Shown: piece after piece, positions 42,001 through 52,081 of the stretch
Layout of the letters: each line of letters begins with the position of its first letter
Position numbering within the stretch: the stretch's first letter is position 1
From: Eledone cirrhosa
Lineage: Eukaryota
Length of the DNA stretch: 64,000 nt
NCBI GenBank assembly: GCA_964016885.1
Contig: OZ024740.1
Location: 46,872,001 to 46,936,000, forward strand
Direction: 5' to 3'
The notes under the pieces: generated by a model
Databases searched by the model: none
Seen by the model: only the letters and a program-made list of their open reading frames with translations
Told to the model about the DNA's origin: nothing
Position numbers and translations under genes: made by a program

Positions 42001-44439
42001 GGGGAATGAAGGAAAGTAGGAAGGAAGGTAGGAAGGATTCAGCGAAGGAATGGGGGAATGAAGGAAAGTATGAAGGAAGGTAGGAAGGATTCAGCGAAGG
42101 AATGGGGGAATGAAGGAAAGTAGGAAGGAAGGTAGGAAGGATTCAGCGAAGGAATGAGGAAATGAAGGAAAGTATGAAGGAAGGTAGGAAGGATTCAGCG
42201 AAGGAATGGGGGAATGAAGGAAAGTATGAAGGAAGGTAGGAAGGATTCAGCGAAGGAATGGGGGAATGAAGGAAAGTATGAAGGAAGGTAGGAAGGATTC
42301 AGCGAAGGAATGGGGGAATGAAGGAAAGTAGGAAGGAAGGTAGGAAGGATTCAGCGAAGGAATGGGGGAATGAAGGAAAGTAGGAAGAAAGGTAGGAAGG
42401 ATTCAGAGAAGGAATGGGGGAATGAAGGAAAGTAGGAAGGAAGGTAGGAAGGATTCAGCGAAGGAACGGGGAATGAAGGAAAGTAGAAAGAAAGGTAGGA
42501 AGGATTCAGGGAAGGAATGGGGGAATGAAGGAAAGTAGGAAGTAAGGTAGGTAGGATTCAGGGAAGGAATGGGGGAATGAAGGAAAGTAGGAAGGAAGGA
42601 TTCAGGGAAGGAATGGGGGAATGAAGGAAAGTAGGAAGGAAGGTAGGTAGGATTCAGGGAAGGAATGGGGGAATGAAGGAAAGTAGGAAGGAAGGTAGGA
42701 AGGATTCAGGGAAGGAATGGGGGACTGAAGGAAAGTAGGAAGGAAGGTAGGTAGGATTCAGGGAAGGAATGGGGGAATGAAGGAAAGTAGGAAGAAAAGT
42801 AGGAAGGATTCAGGGAAGGAATGGGGGAATGAAGGAAAGTAGGTACGAAGGTAGGTAGGATTCAGGGAAGGAATGGGGAATGAAGGAAAGTAGGAAGGAA
42901 GGTAGGTAGGATTCAGGGAAGGAATGGGGGAATAAAGGAAAGTGGGAAGGAAGGTAGGTAGGATTCAGGGAAGGAATGGGGAATGAAGGAAAGTAGGAAG
43001 GAAGGTAGGAAGGATTCAGCGAAGGAATGTGGAATGAAGGAATGTAGGAAGGAAGGTAGGAAGGATTCAGGAAAGGAATGGGGGAATGAAGGAAAGTAGG
43101 AAAGAAGGTAGGAAGGATTCAGGGAAGGAATGGGGAATGGAGGAAAGTAGGAAGAAAGGTAGGAAGGATTCAGGAAAGGAATGGGGGAATGAAGGAAAGT
43201 AGGAAAGAAGGTAGGAAGGATTCAGGGAAGGAATGGGGAATGAAGGAAAGTAGGAAGAAAGGTAGGAAGGATTCAGGGAAGGAATGGGGGAATGAAGGAA
43301 AGTAGAAAGGAAGGTAGGTAGGATTCAGGGAAGGAATGGGGGAGTTAAGGAAGGTAGGAAGAAAGGTAGGTAGGATTCAGGGAAGGAATGGGGGAATGAA
43401 GGAAAGTAGGAAGAAAGGTAGCTAGGATTCAGGGAAGGAATGGGAGAATGAAGGAAATTAGGAAGGAAGGTAGGAAGGATTCAGTGAAGGAATGGGGGAA
43501 TGAAGGAAAGCAGGAAGAAAGGTAGGAATGATTCAGGGAAGGAATGGGGGAATGAAGGAAGGTAGGAAGGATTCAGGGAAGGAATGGCGGAATGAAGGAA
43601 AGTAGTAAGGAAGGTAGGAAGGATTTAGGGAAGGAATAGGGGAATGAAGGAAAGTAGGAAGAAAGGTAGGAAGGATTCAGGGAAGGAATGGGGGAATGAA
43701 GGAAAGTAGGAAGGATTCAGGGAAGGAATGGGGGAATGAAGGAAAGTAGGTAGGAAGGTAGGTAAGATTCAGGGAAGGAATGGGGAATGAAGGAAAGTAG
43801 GAAGGAAGGTAGGAAGGATTCAGCGAAGGAATGTGGAATGAAGGAATGTAGGAAGGAAGGTAGGAAGGATTCAGGAAAGGAATGGGGGAATGAAGGAAAG
43901 TAGGAAGGAAGGTAGGAAGGATTCAGTGAAGGAATGGGGGAATGAAGGAAAGCAGGAAAAAAGGTAGGAGGGATTCAGGGAAGGAATGGGGGAATGAAGG
44001 AAAGTAGGAAGAAAGGTAGGAAGGATTCAGGGAAGGAATGGGGGAATGAAGTAATGCAGGAAGGAAGGTAGGAAGGATTCAGGGAAGGAATGGGGGAATG
44101 AAGGAAAGTAGGAAGAAAGGTAGGAAGGATTCAGGGAGGGAATGGGGGAATGAAGGAAAGTAGGAAGGAAGGTAGGAAGGATTTAGGGAAGGAATGGGGG
44201 AATGTTGGAAAGCATGAAGGAAGCTTTGAAGGATTTAGTGAACGAATGGGGGAATGAAGGAAAGTAGGAAGAAAGAAGGAAGGTAGGAAGGATTCAGGTA
44301 AGGAATGGGGGAATGAAGGAAAGTAGGAAGGATTCAAGGAAGGATTCAGGGAAGGAATGGGGGAATGAAGGAAAGTAGGAAGGAAGGTAGGAAGGATTCA
44401 GGGAAGGAATGGAGGAATGGAGGAAAGTAGGAAGGATTC
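1..44439 (+). repeat. 52-bp tandem satellite array (~850 monomers, runs off the window start)
   Basis: Consensus GGATTCAGGGAAGGAATGGGGGAATGAAGGAAAGTAGGAAGGAAGGTAGGAA. Period 52 read directly (TGAAGGAAAG at 11641 and 11693). 45/52 purines on the + strand; single orientation throughout. Confidence 0.99.
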
Positions 44440-44678
44440 TGGGATGGCGCTAGCTGTCAGTCCATTCTCTGCCTGTTTGTTAAATGTTACTGTGTGTGTG
44501 TGTGCGTGTGTTGTTGTCTCGCTTGAGTGTGTGTGTGTTGTTGCCTTGTTCATCTGTATTGGCAGTGTAGTATGTTCGTATGGTGGAATGCTACTGTGTG
44601 TGTGTGCGTGTGTGTGTGTAGTTGTCTCGTTTGCGTGTGTGTGTGCGTGTGTTGTGTGTTGTTGCATCGCTTGTTAAC

Positions 44679-45230
44679 TTAAACCAGCCATTTCTTTTCG
44701 CTTCTCTCTGATCGGTTGTTTATTTGCGGTTGCAGTCGTTTGATAAAAAGCGCTTCCTTGATACGTAACGTGCCGACGTTTCTTTCAGTCGCTAGAATTG
44801 TGACAATGGGCCTTCCGTCTTTGTTTCCGCATTTGTCTATGTGTTTCTGGAAAGACGAGGCCCTGGTTTTAGTGTGTTCCTTGATCCGGATGAGCAAAGG
44901 TCGAATTGTGCTACCTATGTAGTATTGGTTGCACCTGTCACATTCTATCTTATACACGACGTATGTGCGTAGGCAAGAGTTAGCATGGCGTATCGGGCAG
45001 TCTCTGAGGGAGCATACGTCAGTAGATTTTTCGGGTTTCCTGGAGAGGAATCTTCGCAGGAAGGGGCCCGAGTGGGCCAGGTGGATGTCGAGGCCCTCCC
45101 TCCGTATAGCCTTGCGGATAGCGTTGGTGGTTTTCTGCGCGGGAGTGATTCCCGTGACCTTGGAGTAGAGGTTGTCATCGTCAAGGTGTTGGAGGGCCAG
45201 GGTGTTGTAGGCCTCTCTGCTGATGACGCG
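44679..45230 (-). pseudogene. RT-deleted PLE copy: N-terminal stretch fused in frame to linker + GIY-YIG
   Basis: Minus frame VISREAYNTLALQHLDDDNLYSKVTGITPAQ|KTTNAI...YIGST...WLV. 45135-45190 matches 45407-45462 in reverse complement, then jumps to 46547. Confidence 0.88.
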
Positions 45231-47004
45231 GACACTCTCAGAGCGGACACATCGACTGCCAATAGCACCTGGAGACTTGCTCCTAAAAATCACTAAAGCA
45301 ATCGACCAGTGCTACCACTCCAGAGTCCAATACGAGAAAAAACGGCTCAAGCGAAAATATGAGTGGATCTTGTCGAAACGCCACAACGAGAACATCGACA
45401 CTAACGAACACCTTGACGATGACAACCTCTACTCCAAGATCACGGGAATCACTCCCGCGCAGATAGAAGAACACATCAACTCCGCCTGGACCAACATCTG
45501 CGACCGGCGGAAGCTCCCGAAGAAGCTGAGATACAACCTCCTCACGAGGAACAGCAGACTACCCGCCTTCTACCACCTCGTGAAAACACACAAACAGGGA
45601 CCCGACCTGAAAATCAGGCCCATCGTATCGAGCGTGGAGGGACCACTCTACAAAATTTCATGGCTCCTAGCCAGAATACTCAAACCCATCTTAGACACCT
45701 TGCCGGGACACGTTAACAGCTCCGAGGAGGTGTTGAAGCGCCTGCATCAAATGGATCCCGACACCAGAAGGAATAACAGATATGCCTTCAGCCTTGATGT
45801 AGTCGCTCTCTACACCTCGGTCCCGGCACTCCCGGCCGTCAATATACTAATGGAACGCGTCCAATCCACCGACCTACACTGCTTCGGGCTCACCACCACT
45901 GACATCCACCAACTCCTATCCATCGTCATCGACAACACCTACTTCGGATTCCTTGAGCAAATATACCAACAAACCTCGGGATTGCCCATGGGATCAAGTC
46001 TATCAGGTGTGCTAGCGATCTCCTACATGGACAACCTCGAACGCAAGGCACTCAACGCCTGCCACCCCAACGCCGTAGCCTTTTTCTCAAGATACGTGGA
46101 CGATATCCTCATCCTCACATCTTCCCAAGACACGGCGAACAGAATCTATGAGACGTTCAACAACACGGACGAGAGCATTGACTTCAGTGTTGAACACCCC
46201 AACGAAGACGGGTCACTTGCCTTCCTCGACTTCCGAATCAACATCACGGAACAAGGAGGGATCCACTGCAACTTCTACAGAAAGGCAGCCTACAGGGACC
46301 TATTCGTTCACTACAAGTTCGCCCTCCCTAACAGTGCCAAAAGAGGATACATCACGAACGAGATCGCGCGAATCAAAAACAGATGCAGCGATCCCGCGAG
46401 TGGTGTCACTCATACCAAGCGATTCCTCGAGGTGCTGGAGACGAACGGGTACCCTACCTCGATCACAGACAGAATAGGAGACACCAGACGCAAGAGACAG
46501 AGAAGCACCCAAGGCAAGTGCTTCCTTAAAATTCCACACCTGGGCTAGAAAACCACCAACGCTATCCACAAGGCTATACGGAGGGAGGGCCTCGACATCC
46601 ACCTGGCCCACTCGGGCCCCTCCCTGCGAAGATGCCTCTCCAGGAAACCCGAAAAATCTACTGACGCATGCTCCCTCAGAGACTGCCCGATACGCCATGC
46701 TAACTCTTGCCTACGCACATACGTCGTGTATAAGATAGAATGTGACAGGTGCAACCAATACTACATAGGTAGCACAATTCGACCTTTGCACATCCGGATC
46801 AAGGAACACACTAAAACCAGGGCCTCGTCTTTCCAGAAACACATAGACAAATGCGGAAACAAAGACGGAAGGCCCATTGTCACAATTCTAGCGACTGAAA
46901 GAAACGTCGGCACGTTACGTATCAAGGAAGCGCTTTTTATCAAACGACTGCAACCGCAAATAAACAACCGATCAGAGAGAAGCGAAATGAAATGGCTGGT
47001 TTAA
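45223..47004 (+). pseudogene. PLE polyprotein: reverse transcriptase, Cys-rich linker and GIY-YIG endonuclease, interrupted by an in-frame TAG at 46546-46548; 5'-truncated
   Basis: RT motifs: KTHK..IRPIVS, SLDVVALYTSVP, QTSGLPMGSSLS, RYVDDIL, LAFLD, YRK. After the TAG the same frame reads KTTNAI..CSLRDCPIRHANSC..VVYKIECDRCNQYYIGSTIRPLHIRIKEH..EALFIKRLQPQIN. The ATG at 45223 lies at the inversion junction and is probably not the true start. Confidence 0.92.
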
Positions 47005-47009
47005 GTTAA

Positions 47010-47190
47010 CAAGCGATGCAACAACACACAACACACGCAAACGAGACAACTACACACACACACGCACACACACACAGTAGCATTCCACCATACGAACATA
47101 CTACACTGCTAATACAGATGAACAAGGCAACAACACACACACACTCAAGCGAGACAACAACACACGCACACACACACACACAGTAACATT
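47010..47190 (+). repeat. CA-rich direct repeats in the PLE 3' UTR
   Basis: Two copies of CGAGACAAC..CACACGCACACACACA..CAGTA(G/A)CATT (~47042-47084 and ~47150-47190), mirrored in the inverted arm at ~44483-44670. Confidence 0.8.
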
Positions 47191-47385
47191 TAACAAACAG
47201 GCAGAGAATGGACTGACAGCTAGCGCCATCCCACCCCCTCATTCGGCCGCTGACCTCTGTACGACCGACCCCATTTCACGCGCACGCGCTCTCTGCCGAA
47301 TACCTCAGATATTCAAATCAACAAACAGCGAAAGACGCGTTCCGAGTTGTCCGACAGATAACCTTTTCCCCCACCCCGGAAAAAA

Positions 47386-47421
47386 CCCCAGTTGATGGAT
47401 GTGAATCCGAAATATATAGGG
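47386..47421 (+). ncRNA. Minimal type-I hammerhead-like motif with non-canonical core (PLE tail)
   Basis: CCC-CAGTTGA-T-GGAT(GTGA)ATCC-GAAA-TATA-TA-GGG: stem I, stem II with GNRA loop, GAAA and palindromic loop III. Core differs from CUGANGA at two positions. Confidence 0.55.
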
Positions 47422-47687
47422 ACTATTAAATCCCTCCCAAGGTAACTCTCTCTTGTGTTGTTATTTTTATTTTTATCCTTTATACTCTTCCCTTCATTCT
47501 ACACATCTCACACATCTTATACACACCACGCATCTCAACGTACACCCACTTACATCTCTCTCTCCACCACCGGACCTTGTTACCCGGAGATTTACCCATT
47601 TGCATTGTCGAGGCTTCCAAACGACTGAAAGATATTTACTTATTGTTCCACAATGCTTCAAGCAAACTTCAATACTCTCTTATCCAT

Positions 47688-47810
47688 ACATATATATATA
47701 TATATTAATACAACTACACACACACACACACATATACACGTATGTATATATATATATATATATATTCATATAGAGAGAGAGAGAGAGAAAGAGAGATAGG
47801 GAGGAAGGGA
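47688..47810. repeat. Compound microsatellite (TA)n/(CA)n/(GA)n
   Basis: Read directly. Confidence 0.95.
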
Positions 47811-47992
47811 GACGCTCTGGTTCTAAATACTTAAACTGAACAGCTAAACAGATGGACTGGTAAGTTGAAAGGGGAACTTATTTCCCATCCATAACATCTC
47901 ACAAGCTTACAAATGTGTAGTGTTGCTGTTTCCGACATCAATCCTCAACATAATAATTCCGTTTAGTAATAAAAATGATTTATTAATGGTTC

Positions 47993-48117
47993 CTAATTTA
48001 GGCACAAAGCCAACAATTTTTGGAGAGGGGAAAGTCGATTAAATCGACCCAGTACGTTACTGGTACTTTATTTTATCGACCCCGTAAGGATGAAAAGCAA
48101 AGCTAACCTCGGCGGGA
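47993..48117 (-). mobile_element. SINE fragment with Nin/Deu-like central domain
   Basis: Reverse complement reads CCGCCGAGGTTAGCTTTGCTTTTCATCCTTACGGGGTCGATAAAATAAAGTACCAGT, resembling the Nin/Deu-domain motif GCCTTTCATCC..GATAAA..AGTACCAG. Related copies at 55091 and 59760. Confidence 0.75.
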
Positions 48118-48255
48118 AAAATGATTTAATGTAACTATATATGGACCAGCGTATACTTTTAAAAACTTTCACGAGCGTGAACATACACATTGATGAATTT
48201 GTAATATACACCCAATCGACATATTTTCCATAAATTTTAATAGTTTGTATCTAAT

Positions 48256-48480
48256 CCCCGTCCCGCGTTTAAGTTATCGTTGTCCCAAGGGAGCAGTATC
48301 TGTAACATATCGTTATTGCTGCTGTGTAAGTACAAAAGTCAGTCAATCATAACTGTATCTCCAGCAAACTTTGATAGCAGTCATAGATAGCTGTGTAATC
48401 CCTGTTTTAAAAGAAAAAATATGTGCAATGGGGTCAAGACACATCTGTGTTACTCATGAGTTTCTTCGTGGAGATGGGGA
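48256..48480. mobile_element. Possible MITE with imperfect terminal inverted repeats
   Basis: TCCCCGTCCCGCG at the left versus CGTGGAGATGGGGA (rc TCCCCATCTCCACG) at the right; no clear TSD. Confidence 0.3.
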
Positions 48481-48559
48481 CGTATAATAATTAATTTGGA
48501 CAATTTGGGAACATTCTGACAAGGAAACTTTGGTCAACTTTCAAGTGGAATTATCTAGT

Positions 48560-48678
48560 CCAAACACACAGCTATTACTTTATCAACAGAACTCAAAATG
48601 TAGAATGACGAAACTAAACACAACACAGTATAGTATTTAGTTCAGTGCTCCATCAATGTTGTCATTGCCCCACCTTCG
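48560..48678 (-). mobile_element. Highly decayed SINE head fragment
   Basis: Weak reverse-complement resemblance to the 5' part of the 55091 copy (GGTGGGGCAATGACAACATTGATGGAGCACTGAACTAAATAC..CATTTTGAGTTC). Confidence 0.4.
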
Positions 48679-49901
48679 GTGAGATGATGATGATGATGAT
48701 GATGATATTGAAATCTAAGCTGAAATCAACGAAAAGCATTCTGACATAACTCTTACAATTATTGTGAGGTGCACAGACTTTGTGAAGAGCAATTGAAACT
48801 GCATCGTGGATAGACAGGTTTTCTCTGTAAGCTCTACCCTGTATAACTACTTCCTTATAAATCCGATTTGTTGTTGATTAATGAGTATTAAACATTAGAT
48901 GCGCTTGGAAAGAAAACAACGTTAAGATAAATTTAAATAATTATCTTCTCAGCTCATATGCTGCCTGCTCAACCTGCTTCCCTGATATGTAAATAAGTAG
49001 AAATATATTGTTTGTGTTAGAAGATATTTAATGTGAACTGTAGCCCACATGCCCCGAAGAAGAGAGGCGGATAACAAGAAAAAAGTGTAAATGTGAGTTA
49101 CAACTGATCTAGTGTATTCTCTTCTAGCTTATTCCTTATAGTGGTACAACGTCTTTTTGTAAATAGTTAACCTGTATACCTGTTTGCGAGTATTTTGTTT
49201 GCTTGGAGTGTTATCTCTCATATTTTCATGGGAATATTGTGGAGTAAAACTGACTTAACTTGCACCAGGCATATACTCAGTAACTTAACTCTTGCTAGCT
49301 CATCCATTTAGTTAAAATATGTCCATGGTAAGTTATAATTTACAGCTTTAAATAACAGAGAAATATATAATTGACGAATATGCGACTGGCTTTCTGTATT
49401 AAGTTAAAATCTTCACAATGGTATGATTTGGAGAAAGATATTTGCTGTTGTATGTCAATTTGCATAACTACTACAATCACTGTTAGGCCAAATAAGCGTA
49501 ATGGTTGTTACTTGTCAATGAGAAACGACAGAAAGAAATATGTCTATGGCTTGCCAAAAGAGAAAGTTTATGAATGATCTGATACGGTATCGCCCTCTAT
49601 TTGATATCTTCACACAACACCTCATATAACGCACACATCCATTCAAGTTACTCGAAAATAAAAAATAAAAAAATAAAAGGAAAGTGAAATTCCATAGGTA
49701 ATTTGAATACAGCTATACTTAGTCTGAACTATAAAACAATATTATTACTTCTAGTAATAATTGTATTGTTACTGATCTTGTTGTTGTTGCTGGTGTTGAA
49801 CGCGTTAATACTCCCCCGTTTCTTTAAAGCACGAATGATGAAGTAGCAGTCAATATTATGTGATTGAAATTGAGAAGATACAGGTGTTCAGTGAATATAA
49901 A

Positions 49902-49947
49902 GTAGGAAGGTAGAATGGTAGTTTAGACTACCACTCTACCTTCCTAC
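49902..49947. repeat. 21-bp inverted repeat (hairpin, 4-nt loop)
   Basis: GTAGGAAGGTAGAATGGTAGT-TTAG-ACTACCACTCTACCTTCCTAC, one mismatch. Confidence 0.9.
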
Positions 49948-50059
49948 AGCAGGTAGGGTGTAATTTAGACTCAAGTATCTAAGATTCCAATCACAAAATA
50001 TTTGTAATAACTACGATAACCTTAACCCAAAATATCAATGTTAGTCTCAAGCAATGTTA

Positions 50060-51620
50060 GTTTGTATGAGCCGAGGCCTCTTTGTTCTTCTAGAATGCCT
50101 GGTCCATAGAATAAGTCCTGGGTTTAACTTTAATTCAGCGTGCCTGAGGGAGTGTCTGCTACGATTTCTGATCGTTGGTTCCCACTCTGGCGAGGATCAG
50201 CCTCGAAATCAACTCGTCCAATTCGGAGGTGGTGAACATCCATTACGACGCAGACGGTTTCGCTGCGCAGCCTCCGCCTCGGATGTGAGATCAATACTCC
50301 ACCGGGTACAGCTGACTCAGAAAGAAGACGCTGTTATCTTCAGTTTGCCGATTCTCCTGCCTACCTTTCGCTCCACCCTCACGTCCAAGCTTCGCCAGCT
50401 CGAAACTCTCACGAGCAGACAGAACCTGATCGACGCATAACTTGCCTTCTTGTTCAGGAGCTGTTTCACCATGCTGAAGCTTCTATACACAATACACAGT
50501 GCCTCCTGATGCAATCATCCATTTCTACTCACGGATCTCGAGAGATACGCAATGTCTGGTTACGCAATATGAGATACGCAAAGTCTGGTTTGATGGCAAC
50601 AAGCCATCTTACTCGTTAGATACGGAGGCCTCGGTCAGCGGTCTCCAGTCTCACTTGCTTTGCCGACATTTCTTTCATCGGTGACTTCTTGCTATGTCCT
50701 CATCAACAAGGTTCTCCAGAACACAATGGAATCTACTGTCATCGGGGAATGCGATGCGGCCTACGCGGTTTGAAACCAACTCACCCTCCGTTTTCCAGAC
50801 GTCCATCCCCTCTCCCCTCTGTCAACATCCAGTACCCTCAAAGAAAATGGGACGCCGTCCAGTGAACTATGGTTTCTGACAAACGATTACACCGGCTTGA
50901 CTAGCACTGTTTGGTATGTTTTTATTCGGCCTCTTAACCCCACAATGGCGCCCGGCTTAACGCCGAACCCTCGCTCTCAACTGGCACTTTGCGTATCGTT
51001 GTTTCCCGATGTCTCGACTCCCGGATCTGTGAATCACACAGATACAGCAGAAGATCCACTGTGGACTCTTTCGGCCTCCAATCACTATCGTACTGTTACA
51101 GTGCCGGCTGCCTCCCACACCATGCTGCTCTTAATAAGATCATAGAGCATGACTTGGACGCCCCAGGCTTCCCTTCACAGCTTGAGCCGGTAGGATTGGA
51201 CCAAGTGGATGGCAAAAGACCAGACGATATAACAATCTTCTTGTTTCTCGGTGGTAAGACCTTCAGCTGGATACTACATGCAGTGACACCTTCTCCAGCG
51301 GCAATCTAATTTATTCAGTGACTAACCTAGGCTTCGCTACGCGTGAGGCCGAAGAGGGCAAACTGTCAGAATTATCGGTCACTCTCTGGTAGATTTGTGG
51401 CCGAAGCTATATCAGTGGAGATTTCCGGCTTTCTTGATCCCCGGACTATCTTCTTATTCACTACTATAGGAGCGGAGTTGACCACTCGAACCGCAAGAGC
51501 TGGAATGGTTATTCCAACGCTAGAATGGCTGTTCCACCCTCCGGGCAACGTTTTCTCCATTCTGTCCGCTTGGACCACGAGGAAATCTGCACATGGGTTC
51601 TCACATACAAGAGAACGTTC
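50060..51620 (+). mobile_element. Decayed CRE-clade non-LTR retrotransposon (RT remnant, Zn-knuckle remnant, restriction-like endonuclease)
   Basis: Frameshifted pieces HNGARLNAEPS..TGTLRIVV..RICESH..VDSFGLQSLS..SAG..HAALNKII..PSQLEPVGL..DGKRPD..GKTFSW, then EAEEGK..YRSL..AISVEISG..GNVFSIL, match the CRE C-terminal RLE pattern. GC content is higher than the flanks. Confidence 0.8.
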
Positions 51621-52081
51621 ACCCACACCGCCATTAACGACGCTACAATCACGTTGAAAAAATAATTTATAAACCATTAACAATTTCCGAGGAGTGACTA
51701 TCTAAACATTAAGGATAAAATGTATTCGAAATATTGGTTCCCATTTGATAAAAATAAAAGGTATGATTTAACAAAATACGCAATGAAATGAAACCTAAAG
51801 CAACGCACGATTACAAATTTCCCAATTTATGAATATGTACTAGTCTGTATGTTAGTTTTTATCACTGGTTCAAATCATCCACTCATCAATCATAAGTGAT
51901 TAACCGAGAAGGTAGCTTTTGGATATTTTCCCATGTCATTAATTTAAATTATCTAATCAATGAATTATTTTCATGGCAAAACTATACACTTTCTAAACCA
52001 TTCTATGTTTAGGTATCTTGTGTTGACTATGTTTCACTAAGGAGGTCCAATTAGACCGAAATCTGTCCGGATTTGCCACTA

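Larger units (their letters stand above)
44440..47687 (+). mobile_element. Penelope-like retroelement (PLE), head-to-head composite: inverted arm 44440-~45230 plus forward copy ~45230-47687
   Basis: PLE-type RT plus GIY-YIG ORF. 44440-45136 is the reverse complement of 46547-47233. Hammerhead-like motif in the tail. Right end uncertain: at least 47445, placed at the start of the (TA)n run. Confidence 0.93.

Noticed and set aside
12347-44337. ORFs within the satellite (PSF/PSY-rich and GRK-rich peptides)
   Set aside because: They are translations of the low-complexity repeat; identical ORFs just mark duplicated blocks.
1-44439. CRISPR array or telomeric repeat
   Set aside because: No unique spacers or cas genes, eukaryotic context, and no (TTAGGG)n tract.
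45220-45255. CTGATGA..GACA as a hammerhead at the inversion junction
   Set aside because: It is the antisense of coding sequence (VIS codons), has GACA instead of GAAA, and lacks a convincing stem I or III.
45461-46548. The 1086-bp deletion as a spliced intron
   Set aside because: No GT..AG boundaries on either strand in any microhomology register.
44398-47242. Small overlapping or antisense ORFs in the PLE (68-132 aa)
   Set aside because: Shadow frames of the RT/EN ORF or translations of CA repeats.
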